Positions 1-9,498 are shown, counted from the stretch's first letter. The stretch is DNA of 64,000 bases from Gemmatimonadota bacterium (GCA_040007995.1 JBDTUA010000001.1:19794-83793), one strand, 5' to 3'. The notes: generated by a model not told the origin, from the letters alone. A program made the numbers and translations.

Positions 1-822
1 CGGGCGTGCCCGCGACCCCGCCAGCGATCGGGCGAGGTGCGGCACCATCAGCCCGACGAAGCCGACCAATCCAGCGACGGCGACCGTGCTGGCCGCCAAG
101 AGCGAGGCGAGCACGAAGAAGAGCCATCCCGCACGGGTGGCGTCGACACCTAACGAATCGGCCGCATCCGCGCCGAGGGCGAGCACGTCGAGCGCCCGCG
201 CGCGGGAGAGGAGTGCCGCCCCCACCACCAGCAACGACACCGCGAGCAAGGTAACGTCGCGCCACCCCGCTGCAGCGACCGACCCCATCATCCACCAGAG
301 CGCGTTACGCGTCACGTCGGGCGAGGCCGCCGCCATGACCACCATGATCGCGGCATTGGCGAAGGCGCCGATTACCACCCCGGCCATAAGAAGGATGCGC
401 GTGTCGCCCGCCCCGCCCGACGCCTGTGCCAGCGCGAGAACCCCAGCGACGGCAAGCAGCGCCCCGCCGAATGCCGCGAGCGCGATCAGCGGAGGCGAGG
501 AGATACCTGACGCGACGGCGAGCACCGCGCCGACCGCCGCGCCGCCCGAGACCCCCAGCAGGTACGGTTCGGCGAGGCCGTTGCGGAGCGTCCCCTGAAG
601 CACCGTCCCGCTGACGCCGAGTGCCGCGCCGACCAGCATCGCCAAGACAACGCGCGGGAGGCGAATACCGCGTACGATGAGGCGGGCCGTCTCGTCGCGC
701 CCGGAGCCGACGAGCGCACCCCACACGGAGCCGGGAGAGAGCGACGTAGCCCCAAGCATGAGCGCCATGATCGATGTCGCGAGGAGTACGACGAGCAGGA
801 TGAACCACGGTCGACGTCGCAT
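1..822 (-). CDS. FecCD-family ABC transporter permease (iron-siderophore/cobalamin type); C-terminal part lies beyond the window edge
   Basis: My own minus-strand translation from ATG 822-820 gives MRRRPWFILLVVLLATSIMALMLGATSLSPGSVWGALVG...RGIRLPRVVLAMLVGAALGVSGTVLQGTLRNGLAEPYLLGVSGGAAVGAVLAV..., a typical FecCD/BtuC permease N-terminus. It is absent from the ORF track because it runs off the window. Its start shares one base with the TGA of the upstream binding-protein gene (TGATG). Confidence 0.8.
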   Translation of the reverse strand, partial: MRRRPWFILLVVLLATSIMALMLGATSLSPGSVWGALVGSGRDETARLIVRGIRLPRVVLAMLVGAALGVSGTVLQGTLRNGLAEPYLLGVSGGAAVGAVLAVASGISSPPLIALAAFGGALLAVAGVLALAQASGGAGDTRILLMAGVVIGAFANAAIMVVMAAASPDVTRNALWWMMGSVAAAGWRDVTLLAVSLLVVGAALLSRARALDVLALGADAADSLGVDATRAGWLFFVLASLLAASTVAVAGLVGFVGLMVPHLARSLAGSRARP

Positions 823-1856
823 CAGGGAATGACGGCGCCGGGGTGGAGGAGCGCGGCAAGCGAACGCGCCGCCTCGCCGAGCCGCATGGAGGGTCGCGCG
901 ACCAGCGTGGTGTCGTAGGCGAGAATGCGGCCGTCGCTCAAGGCGCGCAGCTTCGACCACCGGGGATCGGTCGCGAGGCGCGCCGCGTCGGACGGCCCCG
1001 CGAGGATCACTTCCGGATCGCGACGGACGAGGTCCTCGAACGACACCTGGGGTGACGGTTCCGTGCGGTCCGCATACACGTTGTGTCCTCCGGCGATCTC
1101 GACCAATTCCGACAGGAAGCTGCCGCCGCCGATCGCCATCAGGGGATTGTCCCAGACGTGGATGACGACCCGCGGACGTGTCACGTCCTGCATGGCGCGC
1201 CGCACCACGTCGAGCGACCGGTCCACGCTATCGACGGCAACGGTTGCCGCGTCCTCAAGCCCCGTCAGTCGACCGAGCACGCGCACACAGCGCTCGAAAT
1301 CGGCGATGTGATCCACGCGCAATGCCACCACTTGCAGGCCCGCGGTCCGAAGGGCGTCCGCTGCCGCCCGGTTGTCTCCGCTCGCGTAGAGCACGACGAG
1401 GTCGGGATGCGCGGCCAGGATGCGTTCGACGCTGGGTCGGATCGCGTCGCCGACCTCGGGGACGGCACGGGCCGCGGCCGGCCATTGGTCCCATCGTGAC
1501 CGTCCGATGACCCGATCCCCCGCGCCTAACGCGAACAGGATCTCGGTGGTCGTCGGGTTGACTGAGACGATCCGGTGGGCGGGCGTTGTCGCTACGATCA
1601 GTTGTCCGTAGTCATCGATCGCGTCGACGGCCGCGTCGGGACCACGGTCGGTGCCAGTGCAGCCCGCGAGCATCCCGGCCACGACCCACGCCCCCGCGAG
1701 CCGCACGACAGCGAGCCGTAGGACGGCGAGCCGCGAGAAGCGAAACCGCGTCCGAGCGAGCCCCGCGACCGCGGCTGACTGCCGCGCGCGCTCTCGCCCC
1801 TGACCGGACCGACCGATCCTAGATTGCCTGTGCATGAAAAACGCGGACATCCGCAC
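822..1856 (-). CDS. Periplasmic substrate-binding protein of a BtuF/FhuD-type ABC importer (probable lipoprotein)
   Basis: ORF 822..1856. The segment HRIVSVNPTTTEILFALGAGDRVIGRSRWDQWP and the overall layout match class III binding proteins. A lipobox-like VVAGMLAGC follows a basic N-terminus. The true start (GTG 1856, ATG 1850 or ATG 1835) is unresolved. A cobalamin riboswitch lies immediately upstream. Confidence 0.8.
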   Translation of the reverse strand: MRMSAFFMHRQSRIGRSGQGRERARQSAAVAGLARTRFRFSRLAVLRLAVVRLAGAWVVAGMLAGCTGTDRGPDAAVDAIDDYGQLIVATTPAHRIVSVNPTTTEILFALGAGDRVIGRSRWDQWPAAARAVPEVGDAIRPSVERILAAHPDLVVLYASGDNRAAADALRTAGLQVVALRVDHIADFERCVRVLGRLTGLEDAATVAVDSVDRSLDVVRRAMQDVTRPRVVIHVWDNPLMAIGGGSFLSELVEIAGGHNVYADRTEPSPQVSFEDLVRRDPEVILAGPSDAARLATDPRWSKLRALSDGRILAYDTTLVARPSMRLGEAARSLAALLHPGAVIP

Positions 1857-1859
1857 TCG

Positions 1860-2095
1860 AGGTGGAGGGGAATGCCCGCGACCGCGCGCGCGTCGCTGCC
1901 GACGTCACGCACCCCACGAGCCCTCCCCCGAGGACTCAGTTGTGTGGCGCGGACGGTGGTCGTCTCCTGGCTCCGGGCCGTCCATTCGCCTTCCCGACCG
2001 AGGTCAGTGGCAAAATGAATGGACGTGTGTTCGCCCGTTACAGTGGCGGGGCCGCACCGGCATCAGACCGGTTTCCGTATCCGCCGTCCGCAAAT
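1860..2095 (-). promoter_or_regulatory. Cobalamin (B12) riboswitch in the leader of the BtuF-like/FecCD operon
   Basis: The minus-strand RNA reads ...GGAAACCGGTCTGATGCCGGTGCGGCCCCGCCACTGTAACGGG...TTTGCCACTGACCTCGGTCGGGAAGGCGAATGGACGGCCCGGAGCCAGGAGACGACCACCGTC... It carries the GCCACTG and GGGAAGGC core elements followed by a B12 box (AGCCAGGAGACG, + strand 1961-1972) in canonical order. It sits directly 5' of a B12/siderophore-type importer. Boundaries are approximate. Confidence 0.8.
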
Positions 2096-2111
2096 CGATT
2101 GTAGGGCGAAC

Positions 2112-3494
2112 CTATCGTGACGGGGTCCGCTGCGCAAGCGCGTCCACGAGCTCGCGCTTGAGGCGGGCGCGGTACGCGATCAGTTCGTCGCGCGACATGC
2201 AGTCGCTCCCATCTCCTGTCGCGACACGGTCCGCAATGGCTGCCCCGTCCTTGAGGGGGTGATCGGGCGTGAGACCAGGCGCGTCTGCCCGTGCGGGGTC
2301 TCGCGTCTCGGTGCGCGATGCGACCGCGGCACCATCACGAGCAAGCACCGCATCCACCGCCGCAACCTGCTTCGCTAGCCGAGTAACGGGATCGTCGACC
2401 GAAGACCCAACGGAGGTGAGCAGGCCCGCTCGTGGCGACTCCGTGGTTCGACCGTCGACGGGCTCGGCGAACGCGAGTAAGCGGGCGCCGCGCTCGTGCA
2501 CGACGACGGTCGGCCGCGGTGATCGGCGCCGCGCCAGGACGAGGATCGCGCCTAACGTGATCACGGTCAGTACCAACGGTAGCAACCACGGCGGGACCGT
2601 CATTCCGCCGGTACCTGCCGCGCCGATGATGGTCACGACCGCGTTGTCGGTCGCGGACGCGCCGAGGAACCGGGTGAACGTCTTGCCGTCCACGGTGACC
2701 GCACCCTTGTTCACCAGGCCGGGGGAGGACGCCGACGCGCCCGGCTCTTCCAGCAACACTTCGAGGACCGGCACCGCGTGCTCGAGTGGCACCGCGAGTG
2801 GAAAGGCGCGAGCAGCAACTTCGTACGTGAGCACGACTTGGCGCAGGCCGGGCGACAGGGGCGCAAACAGCTCGGCACGCCCGTTGCGCACCTCCAGCGC
2901 CTTGTCCGAAACCTCCCCCTGCGATGTATGAACCTTGTCGACGCCCGCGGGGAGCAGCAGTGAGTACGTCGGTCGGTTGTCGGGACCTGGCACGCGTGTC
3001 AGGATCGTGTCGTTCTCGATCTCGAGCACGTCGATGACGCTGCGCACCCCCGCGGCATTGGGCGACGACACGACGACGTGGCGCCCTTGCAGCTGGACGC
3101 GCACGTCGGTCGACGTCGTGTCGTAGACGATGATCTGGGACGGACCAACCGACTGCCCCCCCGGCATGGGCGACGAGAAGTAGGCGATCCCGCCGTACCG
3201 CGCCGAGACAAGGTACATCGAGAGCGAGTCGGGAACGCTGACCCGAAAGTTGAACGCGCCACGTGCGTCGGTGAGCACGGAGTCCACCGCGCCCGCGTCG
3301 CGTGCATTCACCCGATGCAGCGTCACGAGTTCACGCGCGACCACGCGCGTCCCGTCGAGCGTTTCACGCGTGACGGTTCCCTGCACCAGGAGCGGAGACT
3401 GCGCCCCCGAGGTCGAGGTCGCGCACGCGATGGCGGCGAGCGCGCACATGGTCCCTCGCGCGACCGCATGCGCGCGCGCCCGATTCTGCATCAC
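2112..3494 (-). CDS. Hypothetical secreted, single-pass membrane protein (N-terminal carboxypeptidase-regulatory-like beta-sandwich, one TM helix, cytoplasmic tail)
   Basis: 460-aa ORF with a signal-like N-terminus (CALAAIACATSTSGAQS). VQGTVTRETLDGTRVVARELVTLHRV...DARGAFNFRV resembles CarboxypepD_reg-type domains. It has a hydrophobic helix (WLLPLVLTVITLGAILVLA followed by RRR). I recognise no functional family. Confidence 0.55.
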   Translation of the reverse strand: MMQNRARAHAVARGTMCALAAIACATSTSGAQSPLLVQGTVTRETLDGTRVVARELVTLHRVNARDAGAVDSVLTDARGAFNFRVSVPDSLSMYLVSARYGGIAYFSSPMPGGQSVGPSQIIVYDTTSTDVRVQLQGRHVVVSSPNAAGVRSVIDVLEIENDTILTRVPGPDNRPTYSLLLPAGVDKVHTSQGEVSDKALEVRNGRAELFAPLSPGLRQVVLTYEVAARAFPLAVPLEHAVPVLEVLLEEPGASASSPGLVNKGAVTVDGKTFTRFLGASATDNAVVTIIGAAGTGGMTVPPWLLPLVLTVITLGAILVLARRRSPRPTVVVHERGARLLAFAEPVDGRTTESPRAGLLTSVGSSVDDPVTRLAKQVAAVDAVLARDGAAVASRTETRDPARADAPGLTPDHPLKDGAAIADRVATGDGSDCMSRDELIAYRARLKRELVDALAQRTPSR

Positions 3495-3510
3495 GTGTGT
3501 AGGGAAGGCG

Positions 3511-4065
3511 TCAGAGATTGAACTTGCCGAAGTCCTCCGGGCGCAGCCCGGAGAGATACTGCTTGAGTTGCTCCGCGGTCATGTCCTCGGTGCTCTGCAC
3601 CGGCGGTTCCTCCGGAAGCACGGCCCCCTCACTCTCCTCCTCCTCCTCCTCCTGCTCGCTCGACGCTTCGCCCGGGATCGCGAGCAACGCCTCGTCGACA
3701 AAGATCGGAGCGGGCACGCGCAGAGCGATGGCGATGCTGTCGGAGGGACGCGCATCGATGCGATAGCTCTCCGTGTCGCGTGCGATGTGCATCTCTGCGA
3801 AGTACGTCCCTTTGCGCACCTTCGTGATCTGGACGCGGGAGAGCGTTCCGCCGAGGCCGAGGATCAGCGCCTTGCACAGATCGTGCGTGAGCGGTCGGTC
3901 CTTCTTGACGTGATTCATCTCGAGCAGGATCGACTCCGCTTCGGCCTGCCCGATCCAGATCGGAAGGACCCGCTCTCCGCCGGACTCGCGCAGGATGACC
4001 ACGTATGTGTTGGTGCTCCCGTCCAATCCAAGCCGGGAAACGCTCACCTCCACCATCGCGCTCAT
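3511..4065 (-). CDS. Bifunctional nuclease (BFN/DUF151) family protein with an acidic linker and C-terminal UVR-like tail
   Basis: VVILRESGGERVLPIWIGQAEAESILLEMNHVKKDRPLTHDLCKALILGLGGTLSRVQITKVRKGTYFAEMHI...IDARPSDSIAIALRVPAPIFV is the BFN-family signature, followed by an EEEEEE run. Confidence 0.75.
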   Translation of the reverse strand: MSAMVEVSVSRLGLDGSTNTYVVILRESGGERVLPIWIGQAEAESILLEMNHVKKDRPLTHDLCKALILGLGGTLSRVQITKVRKGTYFAEMHIARDTESYRIDARPSDSIAIALRVPAPIFVDEALLAIPGEASSEQEEEEEESEGAVLPEEPPVQSTEDMTAEQLKQYLSGLRPEDFGKFNL

Positions 4066-4088
4066 TCGCCCTCCTCGAGATGTACGAC

Positions 4089-5261
4089 CTATCGCACGGC
4101 TCGCTTCAGCTCCGCGACCTTGTCCAGGCGCTCCCAGCTGAACGTCGTCGCCGCGTGCTTCCCCCGCCCGACCTTCTCGGGTGTCCGTCCGAAGTGTCCA
4201 TACGCCGAGGTCGGCGAATAGATCGGCTTGCGCAGGTTGAGCGCCTGGATGATGTCGCGCGGGGTCAGCTTGAATACCTCGCGAACCGCGAGAGTGATCC
4301 GCGCGTCAGACACCATCCCCGTCCCGAATGAATCGACCATGATCGAGACTGGCTCGGCCACGCCAATCGCGTAGGCCAACTGGACCTCGACCCGGCGGGC
4401 GAGCTTCGCCGCCACGATGTTCTTGGCGACCCATCGGGCCGCGTATGCCGCCGAGCGATCGACCTTCGACGGATCCTTCCCGCTGAACGCACCACCACCG
4501 TGACGCCCCATGCCGCCGTACGTGTCGACGATGATCTTGCGGCCCGTGAGTCCGGCATCTCCGTGCGGGCCACCGATAACGAAGCGACCGGTCGGATTGA
4601 TGAACTTCCGCATGCGCTTGGCGCGCAGCTCTACCGGGATCACGGCCTCGATGATGTCCTTCGTGATCCCCGCGTGGATCTTCGTGTTGGAGGCCGAATC
4701 GGCGTGTTGAGTCGAAATCACCACCGTCTCCACCTCGACCGGGCGCCCGTCCTCGTACAGGACGGTGACCTGCGACTTGCCGTCGGGGCGGAGCCAGGGA
4801 AGTGTCCCATCGCGGCGTCGTTCGGCCAGCGCATGCGACAGCGCATGTGCCAGGGTGATCGGGAGCGGCATGAGCGTGTCGGTCTCGTCGCACGCGTAAC
4901 CGAACATCATCCCCTGGTCGCCGGCGCCGCCAGTGTCCACACCCTGCGCAATGTCGCGTGACTGTCGGCCGATCGCATTGAGCACGCCACACGAGTCCGC
5001 GTCGAAGCCGATCCCTGCCTCGGTGTAACCAATGCGCTTGATGGTCTGGCGCACCACCTCTCGCAAGTCGACCCAGGCCGAGGTGGTGATCTCACCGAAG
5101 ATCATCGCGAGTCCTGTTGACACCATCGTCTCGCACGCCACGCGCGACTGCGGATCGCTGCGCAACAGCTCGTCGAGGACCGCGTCCGAGATGGCATCGG
5201 CCACCTTGTCGGGGTGACCTTCGGTGACGGACTCGGAAGAGAACAGGTGACGTTCGGCCAC
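4089..5261 (-). CDS. metK: S-adenosylmethionine synthetase
   Basis: Full-length match to the MetK pattern: [24 protein letters not shown]..., [40 protein letters not shown]. The start is GTG at 5261. Confidence 0.95.
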   Translation of the reverse strand: MAERHLFSSESVTEGHPDKVADAISDAVLDELLRSDPQSRVACETMVSTGLAMIFGEITTSAWVDLREVVRQTIKRIGYTEAGIGFDADSCGVLNAIGRQSRDIAQGVDTGGAGDQGMMFGYACDETDTLMPLPITLAHALSHALAERRRDGTLPWLRPDGKSQVTVLYEDGRPVEVETVVISTQHADSASNTKIHAGITKDIIEAVIPVELRAKRMRKFINPTGRFVIGGPHGDAGLTGRKIIVDTYGGMGRHGGGAFSGKDPSKVDRSAAYAARWVAKNIVAAKLARRVEVQLAYAIGVAEPVSIMVDSFGTGMVSDARITLAVREVFKLTPRDIIQALNLRKPIYSPTSAYGHFGRTPEKVGRGKHAATTFSWERLDKVAELKRAVR

Positions 5262-5305
5262 GGATCGACTCAGTGATTCTGGCGGGAGGTCGCAACGTCA
5301 CCGAG

Positions 5306-5393
5306 CGGCGACGATGGGGTGCACAGCGCGTAAACAACGATAACGACCCGAATTGGAGCACGGCAACAGATGGGCTCCCTCACATCGGCGCCG
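5306..5393 (-). promoter_or_regulatory. Structured element in the metK leader (candidate SAM-responsive riboswitch; class unresolved)
   Basis: On the minus-strand RNA, CGGCGCCGAUG (5393-5383) can pair with CAUCGUCGCCG (5316-5306) over 11 bp with 1 mismatch. The helix encloses UGAGGGAGCCCAUCUGUUGCCGUGCUCCAAUUCGGG..., whose GAGGGA and GUGC.CCAAUUC strings recall SAM-I-clan core nucleotides. The architecture does not fit SAM-I as I remember it. Confidence 0.3.
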
Positions 5394-5541
5394 AGACGAC
5401 CGGAACGCGCAACGGCGTCGACGAACGGTACGGCCGCATCATTCCGCGCCGCGCCCGCGGGAGCGCCGCTTCGCGATCGCCGGAGTCGCTCTCATGGCCT
5501 GGGGCCTCGGTCATACTGCAGTCCGCGCCAGGCTCCGATGG

Positions 5542-7305
5542 CTATGAAACGCTGTCGCGAATGAAGGCCGCATCCCCAAAGGCGGCGAGGAGGCGGTACT
5601 TGAGCTGTCGCTCCGCCTCCGCCGCCGTGCGTCCCTGCAGCGCGGCCGCGGCGGCCTCGGTGGCGAAGCCGATGCTCAGCCCCCGCACGAGGCGCTTGAC
5701 CAGCGGGACCGCGCGCGGATTCACGCTGAGCGAGCGAACGCCGAGCCCGATCAGGGCGAACGCCATGAGGGGATGGGAGGCCATCTCGCCGCAGACCGAA
5801 ACGTCGAGCCCGTGCGATGCCCCGACGTCGACGGTGCGCTTCACGAGACGAAGCACCGACGGATGCAACGGCGTGAAGCGCCCGGCCAGGTTCGCATTGC
5901 CGCGGTCCACCGCCAGCGTGTACTGCACCAAGTCGTTGGTACCGATGGAGAAGAAGGCCACGTCGTCGACGAAGGCATCGGCGCCGATAACGGCCGCCGG
6001 TGTCTCGACCATGATGCCGAGGGGGACGTCCCGCTTGAAGGGCACGCCCCGTCGTTCGAGCTCGTCGGCAGCCTCGCCGAGCAGCTTCCGCGCCGCCAGG
6101 ACCTCGTCGAGACTGACGACGAGTGGAAGCATGATGCGCACGTCGCCGTGAAGCGCCACGCGCAGCAGCGCCCGCAACTGCACCTTGAAGATCTCCGGCT
6201 CATCGAGGCACATGCGTATCGCCCGCCAGCCGAGAAACGGGTTGGCCTCGACCGGAAAGCCCCCGACCGGGAGCTTGTCCCCCCCGACATCGAAGGTGCG
6301 GATGACAACCGGACGGCTGCCGAATGCGGTCACAACCCGCTTGTAGGCGCGGTACTGTTCGTCCTCGTCGGGCATGGCCGCACGTCCCACTACGAGGAAC
6401 TCCGTCCGCATCAGTCCCACCCCTTCCGCGCCGCTGTGCGCGGCCTGCTCGGCTTCGTCCGGCAGGTCGACGTTGGCGCGAATCGTGATGCGCACACCGT
6501 CGGTGGTGATGGCATCCTGGTCGGCGGCGCGGATCAGTTCCGCCTCGGTCAGCGCTTCGGCGACCGCGCGGTTGCGGAATGTGTCGATCTCCGCGGCGCT
6601 CGGGTTGACGACGAGAATGCCGCTGGACCCGTCGAGCACGACGTACTCGTCGCCCCGTAGCCGCCCGACGGCATCGCGCAGTCCGACGACCGCCGGCAGG
6701 CCTAACGAGCGGGCGAGGATCGCGACGTGCGAGGTGCGAGTCCCGAGGTCGGTGGCGATGCCGGCGATGGCCTCGCGGTCGAGCTGGACCGTGAGGCTCG
6801 GGGTAAGGTCGTGCGTAACGAGGATCGCATTCGCCCCCTTCGGCACATCCACCGGGTCGTGATCGGGAAGGCCGAGCAGGACCGTCAGCACGCGGATGTG
6901 CACGTCGACGAGGTCGCCCACCCGCTCACGCATCATGGGAACGGCCGACCGGGCGAACGTCTGGCGCCACTCGAGCAGGACAAGATCGAAGGCCTTCTCG
7001 GCGCCGAGGTTCTGCCGGATGTAAGACTCCACGCGCCTGCTGAGCTCCATGTCGTCGAGGATCGAGACCTGCACCTCGAAGATCGCCGCTTCCTCCGGAC
7101 CGGCATGACGCTCGGCTCGGTCGCGCACAGCGTGCAGGCGCTCCTTCGCCCGCGACAGCGCATCGCGCAAACGCTCGATCTCGCGCTCCACCTCCTCGTC
7201 GGCGATGATGCGATGCGGAACGTCCGGCACCTCCCAGCGCAGCAGGTGCACGGGCCCGAGCACGATACCGGGCGAGGCCGAGATCCCGACGATGGCGCGA
7301 TCCAT
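5542..7305 (-). CDS. ptsI: Phosphoenolpyruvate-protein phosphotransferase (PTS Enzyme I)
   Basis: GISASPGIVLGPVHLL N-terminus, the GGRTSHVAILARSLGLPAVVG-type phosphohistidine loop (TRTSHVAILARSLGLPAVVG) and a C-terminal PEP-utilising domain (FSIGTNDLVQYTLAVDR). Confidence 0.95.
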   Translation of the reverse strand: MDRAIVGISASPGIVLGPVHLLRWEVPDVPHRIIADEEVEREIERLRDALSRAKERLHAVRDRAERHAGPEEAAIFEVQVSILDDMELSRRVESYIRQNLGAEKAFDLVLLEWRQTFARSAVPMMRERVGDLVDVHIRVLTVLLGLPDHDPVDVPKGANAILVTHDLTPSLTVQLDREAIAGIATDLGTRTSHVAILARSLGLPAVVGLRDAVGRLRGDEYVVLDGSSGILVVNPSAAEIDTFRNRAVAEALTEAELIRAADQDAITTDGVRITIRANVDLPDEAEQAAHSGAEGVGLMRTEFLVVGRAAMPDEDEQYRAYKRVVTAFGSRPVVIRTFDVGGDKLPVGGFPVEANPFLGWRAIRMCLDEPEIFKVQLRALLRVALHGDVRIMLPLVVSLDEVLAARKLLGEAADELERRGVPFKRDVPLGIMVETPAAVIGADAFVDDVAFFSIGTNDLVQYTLAVDRGNANLAGRFTPLHPSVLRLVKRTVDVGASHGLDVSVCGEMASHPLMAFALIGLGVRSLSVNPRAVPLVKRLVRGLSIGFATEAAAAALQGRTAAEAERQLKYRLLAAFGDAAFIRDSVS

Positions 7306-7310
7306 CGACG

Positions 7311-7577
7311 TCAGGTCTCGCCGAACTTGCCGGCGATCAGGCGCGTCAGCGCCTCGACCGCTTCACCGGCATCGGGGCCGTCGGCCCGCAGTTGCACCTG
7401 CGACCCGTACTCGGCGGCAAGCATCATCACCCCCATGATGCTCTTGCCGTTCACCTCCAGGTCCTCGCGCGCCAGCGTGATGTGGCTCTTGTACTTCCCC
7501 GCCGTCTTGACGATTTCGGCGGCGGGGCGCGCGTGAATCCCGTTCTTGTTGACGATCTCGACGGAGCGTTCGACCAT
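7311..7577 (-). CDS. ptsH: Phosphocarrier protein HPr (retains both His15 and Ser46)
   Basis: The internal start gives an 88-aa protein, MVERSVEIVNKNGIHARPAAEIV...EVNGKSIMGVMML..., with GIH(15)ARP and GKS(46)IMG motifs. Its ATG shares one base with the TGA of the IID gene. The 240-aa track ORF is an Arg-rich upstream extension overlapping IID. Confidence 0.9.
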   Translation of the reverse strand: MVERSVEIVNKNGIHARPAAEIVKTAGKYKSHITLAREDLEVNGKSIMGVMMLAAEYGSQVQLRADGPDAGEAVEALTRLIAGKFGET

Positions 7578-8338
7578 CAGCGGAGCACCGAGTAAAGGGC
7601 AAAAAGCGCGAGCACGCCTAACGACCACTTCCACACCTCGACACGCCCGTGTAACCGCGTGAGGAGGACCCCGCCCACCGCCACCGCCACCAGCACCTCG
7701 ACCTGCACCGACCGTTCCGTCCCGACGAGTCGCTGCACCACGAGCGGGAGCGCGACGCCGGCGACGAGCGTTCCCGCGCGGGCAAGCCAGACTGGCCCGT
7801 GCCGGAGCACGGGTGTGCCGAGGGCGTGCGCGACGTTGAGGCCGTCCCGCCATCCGACATTGATGCCCCAGATACGCAACGCGAGATGTCCGACGTTGTA
7901 CGATATCAGGAAGGTGAGCACCGTGCCCAGCGCGCCTGCCCCGAGTGCGAATACCAGGAGCGCACTGAGCGCGCACAGCGGCAGCCACGCCGCCCAGACC
8001 AGCCGGTCCCCGACGCTCCCCAACGGGCCGCACATCGCCGTCCGAAAGCGCTCGATTTTCGCGGGATCAACACCATCGAGTTCGGCGCGCGCCAGGGCGC
8101 CGACGGCGACCGACGCCGTATACGGATGCGAGTTGAAGTACTGGCTCTGGCGCGCCAGCGCCTCACGATAGGGCTGCCCCCCGACCCCGCCGGGGAGCCG
8201 CCGTAGCGCCGGTTCTACACAGAAGCCGATTCCATTGCCGACGAGCGTCTCATAGTTCCAGGCTCCCTGAATGGCGAGCATCCGGAGCAGGATCGCCACG
8301 CGTGTCTGCAGGGGGAGCGTTGCCTCCGTCGCCGTCAT
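7577..8338 (-). CDS. PTS mannose/fructose/sorbose-family EIID component
   Basis: RVAILLRMLAIQGAWNYETLVGNGIGFCVEPALRRL and FNSHPY are EIID-Man hallmarks. I chose the start MTATEA (ATG 8338), which forms an ATGA overlap with the IIC stop. Confidence 0.85.
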   Translation of the reverse strand: MTATEATLPLQTRVAILLRMLAIQGAWNYETLVGNGIGFCVEPALRRLPGGVGGQPYREALARQSQYFNSHPYTASVAVGALARAELDGVDPAKIERFRTAMCGPLGSVGDRLVWAAWLPLCALSALLVFALGAGALGTVLTFLISYNVGHLALRIWGINVGWRDGLNVAHALGTPVLRHGPVWLARAGTLVAGVALPLVVQRLVGTERSVQVEVLVAVAVGGVLLTRLHGRVEVWKWSLGVLALFALYSVLR

Positions 8339-9021
8339 CCCAGCACCCCCATCAGCGTGCCGCCGATCACCAGCCCGGCGAGCATGTACCACCGAGTGCC
8401 AGAGATCGCGTGGAAGACCTTGTGCGTGGCGCCGGCTGCAACGATTCCCGCCAGCGCCATCAGGATTCCCCGGGTGGGGACCTCGGGGGTGGACCAGCGC
8501 GGCAGCGCGAGTTGCACGAGCGGCACAAAGAGCAATAAACCGAGCGCCGTCATCAACGCGCCGCGCACCAGGTCGGCCGTCATCCCGTAGAGCTGCAGGC
8601 CGATCACCGTACTGCGCGAACCTCGCGCGACGGCCTCGTGTCGCGAACGCGCCCAGACCGCGTTAAGTCGTCGCAGCTGGACCATCGACCATCCGCCGAC
8701 CCATGCCCACGACAGCGTCACGATGACGGCGAGCAGGAGCGCGCCGGCGCCTCGAACGCCGGGGAGGGCTACAAGCGCTCCGCCCACCACCGAGGATGAT
8801 CCCCACTCAGGATATCGCGATGCACCGACCGGCAACGTCTCCAGCGCGAAGCACTCGAGCGTGGCGCCGAGAATGAGCCCCCGCTCGGGCGCACCCATGA
8901 GCGCCCCGGTCAATGTGGCGGCCACCAGCGGCCGAGAGAGCATGGCCTGCGGAAAGCTCACGACATCGAGCCCGAGCACGGCGCCGAGGACTGACAGCAT
9001 CCCCGTTTCCACGGCATTCAT
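8335..9021 (-). CDS. PTS mannose-family EIIC component
   Basis: Polytopic 228-aa protein whose N-terminus, MNAVETGMLSVLGAVLGLDVVSFPQAMLSRPLVAATLTGALMG, is typical of EIIC-Man. ATGA overlap with the IIB stop. Confidence 0.85.
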   Translation of the reverse strand: MNAVETGMLSVLGAVLGLDVVSFPQAMLSRPLVAATLTGALMGAPERGLILGATLECFALETLPVGASRYPEWGSSSVVGGALVALPGVRGAGALLLAVIVTLSWAWVGGWSMVQLRRLNAVWARSRHEAVARGSRSTVIGLQLYGMTADLVRGALMTALGLLLFVPLVQLALPRWSTPEVPTRGILMALAGIVAAGATHKVFHAISGTRWYMLAGLVIGGTLMGVLG

Positions 9022-9497
9022 CGATTCCCCTCGCCCCCAAGCACCTCATCCAGCGGGAGCGGGCGCGCTGCGGGGACGTCCTGCGCACTCACCGCAACGC
9101 CGACTTTCGCGAGCGCGCGCAACGACGCCTCTTCGGCAGGAGTGAGGAAGACGTAGCGCAGACGCTGTACGCGTCCGGGCTTGTGATGGATCCCGCCCAG
9201 ATTGACCGCGCGAATCGTCCCGGTGCGCTCCACGAGTCGGGCCATGGTCTCGATGTCCCCGGTCAGCACGATCCCCGGTCGCGCGTCGGCCTGATAGGCA
9301 GCAAGTCGATTCGACGCGGAAGCCACCGATTCGAAGTAGACCTCCATCTCCGGTGGGACGCCCATGCGGTAGAGCTCCTGCTCCCACTCACTGGAGGCCA
9401 CCTCTTCATCCACCAGGACGATGAACTGCAAGTCGAGCGGCTGTCCCCATCCCACGACCACTTGTCCGTGGATCAGGCGATCGTCGATCCGATACAT
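9018..9497 (-). CDS. PTS mannose-family EIIB component
   Basis: The internal start gives MYRIDDRLIHGQVVVGWG..., the EIIB-Man phosphohistidine motif (RIDDRLIHGQV). The longer track ORF overlaps IIA in an Arg-rich frame. Confidence 0.85.
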   Translation of the reverse strand: MYRIDDRLIHGQVVVGWGQPLDLQFIVLVDEEVASSEWEQELYRMGVPPEMEVYFESVASASNRLAAYQADARPGIVLTGDIETMARLVERTGTIRAVNLGGIHHKPGRVQRLRYVFLTPAEEASLRALAKVGVAVSAQDVPAARPLPLDEVLGGEGNR

Positions 9498-9498
9498 C

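Noticed and set aside
305-859. 184-aa minus-strand track ORF at the left edge.
   Set aside because: It is out of frame with the FecCD permease, which occupies the same strand and region. The translation is Arg/Gly-rich noise.
7311-8033. Long N-terminal extensions of track ORFs, for example HPr as 240 aa, asnS as 590 aa, ftsY as 369 aa, comEC as 797 aa, ribH as 292 aa and hpf as 160 aa.
   Set aside because: The extensions are Arg-rich, overlap the upstream gene, and precede internal starts that give canonical protein lengths and the typical ATGA, GTGA or 1-nt junctions. I used the internal starts.
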